Assembly: GCF_006345805.1 (NCBI RefSeq)
Contig: NC_043000.1
Coordinates: forward strand, 120,466,001 to 120,530,000
DNA length: 64,000 nt
Direction: 5' to 3'
Origin: Octopus sinensis
Lineage: Eukaryota
Shown: positions 53,239 through 64,000 of the stretch, in pieces
How the letters are laid out: each line of letters opens with the position of its first letter
How positions within the stretch are numbered: the stretch's first letter is position 1
Notes under the pieces: model-generated
The model's database searches: none
Told to the model about the DNA's origin: nothing
Seen by the model: the letters and a program-made list of their open reading frames with translations, nothing else
Translations under genes and position numbers: made by a program

Positions 53239-53522
53239 CAATCAGGATTCGCGCCATTATCCACAAAGAATAATCTCTAATTCGAGCCTGCTCTAAGCTA
53301 CTAAGAATGCGTGTGGCAACTTGAAGATCCACCCATCACACGCGATAGATTGGCGGTTGCACGGGTGCGAAAGCTACGGTGTTATCCTAATTCCGTAAAC
53401 GGTGGCTTTTAACGGGTGGAGAGCTGAACCATCCTGGGGTACAGAGGATTAACAATCTAGACTAGAATCTGAAAGTTTACCACACCATAGTTGGTTACAC
53501 CATGGTTCCTCTGCTTTATGGC

Positions 53523-54096
53523 AGAAGTAGGGAAGAAAGAGTGAGAGAAAGTTGTGTTGAAAGAGTGTAGCGGGGTTCACCGCCAGTGAAGTGGAGCTTA
53601 GGTGTTTTTGCTCAATAAACACTCACAGTGCCCGGTCTGGGAATCGAAACCACGTTCTTACGACCGCAACTTCACTGCACTAACCACTGGGCCATTTCGC
53701 CTCCACTCTACTGTTGTTGCTTTGTTTGTCTCTTTGTTGAGCGAAGCGGTCTTCGTCCCAGAGTGGGATAAGTCCGAAACGTGGTCCTTTGCTATTCGTA
53801 AGACCCGCAGAAGAGAAAGTAGGTCAACCCCCGACACCGAGAGCATCGATAGATGGATGAATGCACATCCAGGCTCAGCGGTTACGTAGGAAGTCGGGGA
53901 CAAGAAACAGGAAGAAAGAGTGAGAGAAAGTTGGAGCGAAAGAGTACAACAGGGGTTGCCACCACCCCTGCCGGAGCCTCGTGGGGCTTTAGGTGTTTTC
54001 GCTCAATAAACACATACAACGCCTGGTCTGGGAATCGAAACCGCGATCCTCCGACTGCGAGTCAGCTGCCCTAACCACTGGGCCATTGCGCCTCCT
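53523..54096 (-). mobile_element. Two SINE B copies: truncated (53523-53706) and tail variant 4 (53770-54096)
   Basis: Both end CCACTGGGCCATT(T/G)CGCCTCC on plus. The second carries a unique 3' segment. Confidence 0.8.
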
Positions 54097-55219
54097 GACG
54101 TTGATGCTGTTCAGGTAATGGCGTCCGCCGCAGTGAGAGTTTAATTGCCCCATCTATTGTAGTACAGGTACAGGGCAGGTGTAAAGCACATCAATTCAGC
54201 TGGTCACAGCCTTCCGATTTCTAAATGGAAAAACCTGGAGAACACTCTCGTATGTCCGATAGCGGTCAATAATTAAAACATGGTATCACGCGGCACGCAC
54301 ACACTCATGCACACTGGACAAAGTTTTATTAAAATATTCTTGTGAATGCTTGCTGAACGTTCGCCTAATTTTTGAGAGGTAGTTTTATGTAAATCTTTTC
54401 GCCGATTCTTCGATATGTCTTCAGGCAAAAATGTAAACACTTTTGTAACGCTTTGCTACCACGCCTCTTCTCTGATTGAATTCGTTCCGTGTTTAAATCT
54501 GCCTGAGGCAAGTAATGCTAAGAAGACTGGTTCCATTATTATTAACTCCATTGGTAGTATTTTTATTTTTGCAAAATATATGTTTCGGTGATGTTCTTGT
54601 TGCTTTTGTTCTTGTTGCCGTTGTCGAAGAAGTCAACACAGTCGTACATTCTAGTGTCATTGTTCACATAAAAAATAGAATTATTATTATCATTTTCTTT
54701 AAAGTCTGTATGTCTTGCTAGAAAATACACTTCTATATTGTTTTTGAGTTTTGTTGGGTTTTTTTTTCTCTGTATTATTCTTTATTTTCCAAATATTTCT
54801 TTGTTGAGGGTTGTCTGTGTATGTCGTGAAAATTTTCAACGAATGCAAGGAAAATAATATAATATTCAAAGATATCTCATTTTTCCAAACTGGAAAAAAA
54901 TAAACTAAATTTCTGACATTGGCATACACCAGGTCTACGTAATAAGACACAGAAATAAAAATCTAACGCTAAAAATAAAAAATAAAAAAATATGTCCAAA
55001 TGGGAACGATGCGTAAACATGATTTCCAGGCAAGATAAGATAATGAGAATTGTTTAAGACTTTGGCACAAGGCCAGCAATTTCGGGAGAGGTGGTAAGTC
55101 GATGACATTGACCCCACTACTCAAGTGGTACTTTGATGGCATGCACTGCTCTCTCACTCAATAATATTAATAATGATAATAAGTAAAATAATAATAACAA
55201 CAGCAATAATGATAATGGT

Positions 55220-55920
55220 TTTTATTGGCCACAAGGCTGCACATAACATTAAGATCAATGCAAGGACAAAGATCAGTGAGTTAACATAAACTCGTGTAAA
55301 GGAACAATAACAGTAAAAGAATAACAACATGATTCATCAATAGGGGGAACTATCCATGGGTAACCAAAAAACCACACAAATTCTTGTTCACCCCCGCCCA
55401 CAGACAGACGATTTCTTCATCCGCAGGCGTAAGCTTAGACTAGGCTAACTTACTCGGACTATCCTCTACTTATTCATCCACCTTTCAAAAATTTACTGCA
55501 GGTAGCAATTCCCTCTCAACTCTCACATTTCTTAACAAATGGAGCTTAAAACAAGTCGATGAGGGTTTGACCGAAGACAAAATTGTTGCTTTTCAGTTCT
55601 AGTTATGTCAGTTATGTCCACTACCCCAAACTTTTTTGCTATAGCCATCAAAAAGAGAAATATTGCCTGTCCTTCTCGTGGCCAAAGGAAGGCGGTGCGG
55701 CGAACTTCGCAATGGAGTTCGATGAAAACCGAACCCATTGTACATGCGACATCATCTGTTCGACATAAATCTTCATGTCAGAAATGTTTGGTCAACGTAT
55801 GAACGCATGTAGAACAGTTTTCTCGCCCTGTGCGCATCACAGGCAGGCCAGACCGACGGCACTACCCTGCTTGCAGACGAACACCCTCCCTTCACCCTGA
55901 TACAAGTAGTACTGAGAATT
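55220..55920 (-). mobile_element. Diverged Tx1-like 3' fragment
   Basis: C..CAQGEKTVLHAFI...ISDMKIYVEQMMSHV and REGQAIFLFLMAIAKK parallel 49654-50457. The 3' end TGTGCAGCCTTGTGGCCAATAAAAACCA resembles 50831-50861. Confidence 0.75.
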
Positions 55921-55939
55921 AGGGCTTTCTGCTAATTAT

Positions 55940-56330
55940 CTATAGAACCCAACTGTAAGTCCCCCTGAATATATTTGCTTGGTGATTGTCGTCGGTGCCC
56001 AGATTCTGTCCAAGACGTACTAGTATGACGGCATTTTGATCCCGTTATTTAGACAATAGGACAATTGTCTTTTACCAAAGATTCAGGTTAACCTAAGCTT
56101 TGTGAGTGAAAGTGGGTAAAGACAAATTGTGTGGAATCCTGTCGAATGGAAATATGATCTGTACATGTATTGTCAAGGGCGATCACTCTCAAAGATTGTA
56201 AGATTGAGTAACTGAAGCAAGTTTGAAAGTTTTGATTGTTATTCGTCGGTAGGAAATGAGAGGTACAATGTGGTTCCTTTGGTGTGTAATGATAGCGTAT
56301 TTGTGATGTTAAAACAGGCCTAGTTGTTAT
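55940..56330 (-). mobile_element. Possible very old Penelope-like relic
   Basis: VPLISYRR motif and a frameshifted TIV-YCL...KC...YV-GQ stretch. Confidence 0.25.
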
Positions 56331-58698
56331 GTTAACAAGTTACAACAAAGCACCCATCGTGAGAGTAATAATAATACTGTGTTATGAAGTGATAGGGTTA
56401 TATTAAACAGAACATGTTGTGCATACTTATCTATACTATCGTTACAGAATCAGTGGTATATACTATGTGTCCAACGATCCGTCTTAGTATGAAGGGAAAA
56501 AAATTTAAGTAGAGGCATACTTATGTGACTCCTAGTATATATTATAATCATCATTATCAGAATAAATAAATTTACGAAATGCAATGCATCTTTCTCTCTT
56601 TTTCCTCTCTGAATTTGCTCACATGACTAAGGATGCAGGATTATATATTCTGTGTACGATTGAAGTTTCTCCTACAATGTGGTTCCAAGACTGAAAGGAA
56701 GGCTCTGAAGGTGAACACGCGCTCTGCGTTCTTTAACAAAGTAACACAATCCGAGGTATAAGTTTTAAGAACGAGTATTGCTAATGAAATGAAAGAAAAT
56801 TTCGGAAATTACTCACCGGAGCATATTCATGAAACGACCAAAGACATTTTGAAAGGAATGTTTAAGTTTTAATCATTGATTCATTTATATGTTCTTAGCT
56901 TAGTTGTTTTTCTTTTTATTTATGTTTATCTACTATTGATATTTTCTCAAGTAAAACAGAAGCAATCATTCTCTCTAACGGTAGCTGTTTGCTAGTCTAT
57001 GCACAGAACGAAGCCATATTGATTTTATTACTTTAACTACCTTTCTATTTCTCTACACAGAAATGGAGTTAAATGTAGATTCGATAAAAGTTTTAAAAGC
57101 GGGTTTTATATGCCCCAAAGTCTTAATTACTCAGTAAAATTTGGATGCGGACGAAGATGAAAAGAGTCACTCGTGTGGCACTCTGCGAAAGCATTCGGAA
57201 CGTCTTTATGTACAAGAATTTAACAAAAATGGTGTGAATAAAAGCAATAAACACCAACATCAACAACAATAGCAACAACATAAATAAGTAGAGCTTTCTA
57301 AGTTCATTGACTGGAACAGTAATTGCTGGAATGCAATTTCGGGAACCAAATATCCAAAGCCTCTAAATGATAGAATTGTTTGAAGGAAAATTTTATCAGT
57401 CGATGTTCTCGGTAAGATTTTATTAGCAAATTTTCTTGTGAAATTTTATTAGCAAATACTCTAGCTAAAACCGAATTGTTGACAATTAAATAAAATGGAC
57501 TAAAGTGGTATGAACATAATAAATATAAAACAGACAGTAATAATTCCAACCCTGAGAGTGTTTCCATAAATGTGAGAAGCAAAAAGAATTAAGGCGAAGA
57601 GGGGTGAATAAGATTATAAGATATAGATCCTGTGGTAGAGATATTTATTTCGGTGCTATCTGATCTAATAACCAAATATGACACAGGTTACTGGAACGTC
57701 ATAATAGAAAAAGAGATAGGAGAAAAGAGAAGAAGATACGGCAAGGAATATGTTAAGAAGATAAATAGTTGAAATGCTTAATGAAAATGGGAGAAATATA
57801 ATAGAAATTCGGTTGAAAGAAAAATAAAAAAAAAGGAGATAAATATAGAAATTAGAGAAAGAAAGAAATGAACGCGCCGTTTGGAAATATCACTAAAACA
57901 CTTCTTCAGCCATTAACTGGCTGGCTTCAAGTAATTTTATTTCATTCTTCATGTCGTCACACGGATCTAGAAATTTAGTAACATTTTGCAACCCTTTCTC
58001 TTCTATCAATTTAGCTATCAATCTCTAACAATTGAATATAAGTATTAATCGTGTTAAGCTCATTGAAGTGTCTTTATTTCTTCTGTTTGCGAGCATATAA
58101 AACGCCATTTGGTACACTTTATTTGTCACTGAGAAGTATAAATATTTTGTCTTATAATATACAAGGAAAGTTCAATGGATGACAGAATCAAACGAGACTC
58201 CTTGCAGTGTTCAGTTAGTGCCTTTACGTTTTGAATTCATCTATGATTCAAGTATTCATAGGATAAGTAGCAATAAAATCCATACAGTTTGAATAATAGA
58301 TTGTTCCCATTCCTAAAAATATTAAAAGTATTAAAATTCAATACTGTCAGAGCTAGGGCGCTACGCACGAGGTGAACTTCGTGATCGTCGTAGGGGTAAT
58401 AAATTCTGAACAGATTAGATGAAATTACTGAGGAATTACACCGTGTTTCGTGGTCTGCTACCACAACAACTCCTTTATAGGATCCAGTTAGCTCAAGATC
58501 CAGTTAGCATCAGGAGGAACCAGGTCCGGTTTCGGCCCCTACTCCTCTACCGTTTTGATGTGGCGGGGCTCCCCTTTCGGAGGTATCTTTAGCTCTGGTG
58601 TTGGGTGCATGTCTTATTTCTTCTTCTTTCTTCTGTTCCCTGGCTAACAAACACATCATGGGGGCATGATCTAAAAATAAACAACAAAATCTTAGCTA

Positions 58699-59267
58699 TT
58701 AGGTTGTCCGGAAAGTTCGTGCCGATTTTTAAAGGAAAGAAAAAGGTCAATTAATACTTGCCATTACATTTTTAATCAACCAAATATGAACCATTTTGTT
58801 GCACAATGCATCTCCATCTTTCCTTTAACTTGAAAATTCTCTCTTCCCAGAATTGAGGTGGTTTCATGGTAAAGAATTCATCAAGGTATCTTTTTATATC
58901 ATCCAAGGAATTGAAATTTTTACTATTAAGACTATTCTGCAGACCTGTATAAGTGGAAATCCGAAGGAGCAATATCTGGTGAATATGGATGGGGGGTGGT
59001 AACACATCCCAGCCAATCTGCAGCAATTTTTGTCTGGTTCCCAACGCATCAAGTATCGAAAATGAACTGTCTTATCTTCTATTTTAAAGGGTTACAGAAT
59101 CAATACAGGTTATAGGAACATAATAAACCTTCTTCCACGAAAAGATAGCTTAAACTGTGCTCTAAACGGAGGTGTAGTCAAATCCTATTTTATGGACTCA
59201 ACCACGTTCTAAAATAAGTCGAAAGGTAAGCTGCTATAAATCAGCACGAACTTTCCGGACAACCCAA
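58699..59267 (-). mobile_element. Internally deleted mariner (569 bp) with both TIRs and TA TSD
   Basis: TIRs TTAGGTTGTCCGGAAAGTTCGTGCCGATTT / AAATCAGCACGAACTTTCCGGACAACCCAA. N-terminus EDKTVHFRYLM is joined to C-terminus QKLLQIGWDVL...LKERWRCIVQQNGSYLVD. Confidence 0.92.
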
Positions 59268-59707
59268 TATAAAGGCATCGGTTGAAACCAGTCGCGGAAC
59301 AGAATTGTTGAATAAGGATGTAGTAATTGCATGGAGTTGGGATAACAAGAAGCATGTGTGATGCTATATATAACCTTGTCACATACTTTTATGGTTATAT
59401 TTTGTCCTTTACTTGCTTCAGTCACAAAATTGCGGTCATGCTGGGGCAACGGCTTGAAGTAATTTTAGTCATGTGAATCGACCGCAGCACTTATTTCTAA
59501 ATTAATATCCAATAGACCCCCGGTATTTATTTCTAAATTAATATTCTGATTTATTATGAAAATCACAAAGATCGATTTAAAGGAGACCACGGTAATGTCA
59601 GTTTGAAATGATGAAATGAGGTTTAGGACAATTTACTGTTTAATGCTTTCAGTACATGTATACATCTTTAGTTGTATAGTGAAATTGATTTTATTGTCAA
59701 CTTTTTA

Positions 59708-60250
59708 TGCAGGAGTGGCTGTGTGGTAAGTAGAACAATGTTTTAGAGAAGCAAAAGTCGGCGGGCGCTTTTCGGCTTCTCCCATCCTTATCATCCTTGT
59801 ATCATTATCAGTCACCTCATTAATGTCCGTGTCCAGCCCGCAAGCTGCCTTACTCTATGTTCTGCCTTTATGGCAAATTTCATAAAATAAAGTAGCTTGC
59901 TTACCAACCACATGTTGCCGAGTTCAATCCCACCGCGTGGCACCTTGGGCAAATGTCTACTACTAGATCCTCGGGACAACCAAAGCCTTGTGAGTGGATT
60001 TGGTAGAGGGAAACTGATAGAAGCCTTTCGTACATATATATATATATGTGTGTGTGTGTGTGTATGTGTGTGTGTTTGTCCTCCCACCATCGTTTGACAA
60101 CCGATGTTGGTGTGTTTACGACCCCGTAACTTAGCGGTTCAGTAACAGAAACCGATGGAATAAGAACTAGGTTTACAAAGAATAAGTCCTGGGGTCGATT
60201 TGTTCGACTTAAGGTGGTGCTCCAGCATGGCTGCAGTCAAATGCTGAAAA
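59708..60250 (+). mobile_element. SINE C interrupted in its head by a 156-bp insert
   Basis: GCAGGAGTGGCTGTGTGGTAAGTAG | insert 59734-59889 | AAGTAGCTTGCTTACCAACC. Confidence 0.85.
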
Positions 60251-60721
60251 AAATGTATGCATGTTAAATTATCGTCATAATTTAATCTAAGATCCCTTTG
60301 CTAAGATGTTTTCCAAACACCGATTTAAAAAATTGTTTCTAAGACTGGCACAAATCTAGCAGCTTCGAAGGAAGGATTGCATCGATACCAGTATATTACT
60401 GCTACTTTATTTTAACGACCCCAGAAGGATGAATAGCAACATTGATTTCAGCGCGATTTGATCTTAGAACTAAAGAACCGGAAGAAACATTGCTAGACAT
60501 TTTGTCCAAAGCTAATATGCAAAAAAACGGTGCTTTTACTAAATCTTGCAAATTCTTCACTATTTTTGTCAAGTAAAACACACAGTTGGTGTACTGCTAT
60601 CGAAATATAGTAATGAAATGGTTAAAGTTTAAACACTTAAATCGAAACCTAACGATTGCCACTATTCTCCAAACATTTATCACTAGTTTGCATAACACGC
60701 CTATCACTATATATTGGAATC

Positions 60722-61083
60722 ATGGCACTCCGTCGGTTGCGACGACGAGGGTTCCAGTTGATCCGATCAACGGAACAGTCTGCTCATGAAATTAACGTGC
60801 AAGTGGTTGAGCACTCTACTGACACGTGGACCTTTAACGTAGGTCTCGGGGAGATTCAGCATGACACAGAGTGTGACAAGGCTGGCCCTTTGAAATAGGA
60901 AGAAAGAATGAGAGCTAACCGGGCTGAAAAAGTACAGTAGGGTTCGCCACCACTGCTTGTCGGAGGTCGTAGAGTTTTAGGTGTTTTCATTCAATAAGCA
61001 CTCATAACGCCCGGTCTGAGAATCGAAAGCAGGATCCTACGTCCACGAGTCCGCTGCCCCTAACCACTGGGCCATTGCGCCAC
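60722..61083 (-). mobile_element. Complete SINE B (tail variant 1)
   Basis: Aligns along its length with 51970-52355. Confidence 0.88.
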
Positions 61084-61492
61084 ATCGGAGTTAATATTAA
61101 CTCTACATAGTCTGAAACAGAAAGGAAGAATAAAACCCATACATTGCATTAATGTATCTTTGATTTTTAAGCGGTGACATTTTTAATGGGTATCTGATCA
61201 TATAATATTTATTATATTTATCGCGTGGTGAGTAAAATCTTTAACTGCCAACGTTATATTTAGGTTTAAAATAAATGAAACGATTCAACAGAAAAACAAA
61301 CAAAAAAGGTCTTAACTCTCACCAAAACAAAAGCAAATCACTATGTACAGATTACTATTAAACATTAAAATATCTTATTGAATAATAAATCATTTTCGAT
61401 AATTTCACAGTTTCTAAAACTTAATAAAAGATGTCTGGCTTGCTTTTACTTATAAATTATTATGGAAGTTATTGTATTACGTGTTACGCCAT

Positions 61493-62550
61493 GGTGGTGA
61501 GCTGGCAGAAACGTTAGCACACCGGGCGAAATGCTTAGCAGTATTTACATTATGAGTTCAAATACCGCCAAGGTCGACTTTGCCTTTTATCCTTTCGGGG
61601 TCGATAAATAAAGTACCACTTACGCACTGGGGTCGATGTAATCGACTTAACACCTATTTCTGTCTTTGGTTGTCCCCTCTATGTTTAGCCCCATGTGGGT
61701 AATAAAGAAATAAGTATTTCGTCTGCCGCTACGTTCTGAGTTCAAATTCCGCCGAGGTCGACTTTGCCTTTCATCCTTTCAGGGTCGATTAAATAAGTAC
61801 CAATTACGCACTGGGGTCGATATAATCGACTTAATCCGTTTGTCTGTCTTTGTTGGTCCCCTCTGTGTGTATCCCCTTGCGGGTAGTAAAGAAATAGGCG
61901 TTTCGTCTGTCTTTACGTTCTGAGTTCAAATTCCGCCGAGGTCGACATTGCCTGTCATCCTTTCGGGTCAATAAATTAAGTACCAGTTGTGTACTCGGGT
62001 CGATCTAATCGACTGGCCTACCCCCCCAAAAAAATTTCGGGCCTTGTGCCTAGAGTAGAAAAGAATATCTCTGCTATATGGAAAGGTAGCGAGATGGCAG
62101 AAACTTTAGCACACCGGGCGAAATTCTTAACGATAATTCGTCTATCTTTATGTTCTGAGTTCAAATTCCACCATAGAGCAGACTTATTCTTTTCTACTCT
62201 AGACACAAAGCCCGAAATTTTTGAGGAAGGGGGCCAGTCGATTAGATCGACCCAAGTACATAACTGGTACTTAGTTTATCGACCCCGTAGGAATGAAAGA
62301 CAAAGTCAAACCTCGGCTAAATTTGAACTCAGAACGTAAAGACAATCGAAATACCTATTTCTATTTCTTTACTACCCACAAGGGGCTAAACACAGAGAGG
62401 ACAAACAAGGACAGACAATCGGATTAAGTCGATTATATCGACCTCCAGTGCGTAACTGGTACATATTTAATTGACCCCGAAAGGATGAAAGGCAAAGTCG
62501 ACCTCGGTGGAATTTGAACTCAGAACGTAAAGACAGACGAAATACCGCCA
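61493..62550. mobile_element. Cluster of about six SINE A modules forming an ~830-bp imperfect palindrome
   Basis: Plus copies 61493-62081, head 62082-62170, minus copies 62171-62545. Confidence 0.85.
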
Positions 62551-63024
62551 TCTCACCGCCTAAATAGAAGTTATCGGGTTTCTCTGAAAGGCAAACTTGC
62601 GTAACTTTCTGTTATAGTAATCAGTCCTATCTAGTGCTTTAGCCTCACATCCTAATGCTACAGGAACGAGATATTAAAATAAACCACCCAAGTATGTTTC
62701 TTTTAGAACTAAAGTCGTTTCTATTATGATATAAAATATTAAAAGATATTACATACTATATTTTCTCCAATCTTTATGTATACAACAAACACTTCACAAT
62801 TTCTTCAAAGTGACAAATTTTCGAAGCTGGAAACGCTACTTTCAAAAAGCAAGAAAGAAAGAAAAAAAAGGAGACTTCTTCAAAGTATTTACAAGTGGAT
62901 GTCAGGAAACTTTCCGATAAGTGTCACGTCAAAGCAAATATCTTTCTAAATATTTCCACCGATGTATATATATATATAAAGTAGAATATTATATACTTTT
63001 ATATGTATATATGTGTATGTATAA

Positions 63025-63060
<36 letters not shown>

Positions 63061-63356
63061 CAACGGTACTATTTTCTCCCGGCGTAATATTGGTCTAACT
63101 TTAAACGATTCTATTTAGTATCAAACTTTCATGGAAAAAAGAAACACATCAGAGTAAGGCATTATGTGATAATTCTATTTTTAGGGAAATTGTTATAGAA
63201 GCTCTAAGATGCATGAAGAGGTCGAAACAGCTCTTTTTTTTCATGAAAAGCTTAATGATTTAAATCTAAGTTGTATGTAACTTTTTAGATATAGTAATCT
63301 TTGTATATGTATATTTAGCCCTCCCTCTCTATCTCTCTCTCTCTCGCTCTTTCTCT

Positions 63357-63411
<55 letters not shown>

Positions 63412-63916
63412 TATACTGAAATTTATAGAAAAACGAAAGATGAAGACAGGAGTATGTACAACAAGCAAGTATATTACTTTGACGTTCGGGAAAATAAAGA
63501 TTTTTTTTACGTTTCGGGTTTACGTTCTTCAACAGAGAGAAATATGAGAAAATAAATAAGAGAATGAAAAAAAAAACCTTATAGATTTCAACGGTCCACA
63601 TACATACATACACATACTGTGTATTGGTTCATCCCATGAACAATGGAGTTATTATTTACTTCATTTATTTTTCAAAAATAACATAAACGAAGCACATTAT
63701 TAATCTAAAATATATTATCTTTAATTTTCTGCATGTCGTAACAATGGTATCCCAGAATCCTGTGCATCAATGAACTTGTCGCAATGCTATTCTTTTATGA
63801 CTTGCACTACAACTATCCACCATACTGTATGGCTTAACTTGCCTGTAGGCATTCTGAATAACTATGCTAACATTTGTTCCAGATATCGCTGTACATGGTA
63901 CAGATAACAATTTCTT

Positions 63917-63993
<77 letters not shown>

Positions 63994-64000
63994 GTATATA

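Noticed and set aside
52931-53332. Arg/Lys/Glu-rich ORFs and GC-richer flanks (52.7-53.46 kb)
   Set aside because: The ORFs come from (TTC)n. The flanks may be a LINE ORF1 relic, but no diagnostic motif could be established.
57125-57205. GAAGATG...AGAGT/ACTCT...CGAAA hairpin
   Set aside because: No CUGA core and no NUH site with helix I.
57304-57582. 92-aa non-repetitive ORF
   Set aside because: No recognisable domain or splice context; a length expected by chance in AT-rich DNA.
63200-63240. Hammerhead-like CTAAGATG...CGAAACAGCTC
   Set aside because: Core lacks CUGA, helices do not pair; too degenerate.

Overview
Non-coding, AT-rich, microsatellite-dense eukaryotic DNA. The repeat families and (TA)n/(TATC)n/(AAT)n load point to an octopus (coleoid cephalopod) genome; this is inferred from remembered repeat families, not from a search. 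No host protein-coding gene can be supported, and almost all ORFs in the track are microsatellite read-throughs or transposon remnants. Recognisable content: (i) a full-length but frameshifted Tx1/L1-clade LINE (44781-50861) with a perfect 15-bp target-site duplication at a (TATC)n/(TG)n junction, plus two shorter relatives; (ii) R4/Dong-like RLE-type LINEs stacked in (AAT)n tracts (3.1-5.1 kb, 17.1-19.4 kb); (iii) a CR1-type LINE, several RTE relics, a Penelope GIY-YIG relic, mariner derivatives and foldback MITE-like elements; (iv) about 30 copies of four tRNA-derived SINE families, labelled A-D here. The most unusual object is a 700-bp palindromic element (36781-37480) with a 14-bp flanking direct repeat. 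Each arm is a tRNA-like Pol III head, an (AAT)n tract and a minimal type I hammerhead ribozyme motif; the right-arm motif looks intact. Further decayed hammerhead-like motifs lie at 5.8, 9.5 and 28.9 kb. Boundaries of degenerate elements are approximate (about 10-30 bp). Whether these families are already in Repbase/Dfam cannot be checked here.
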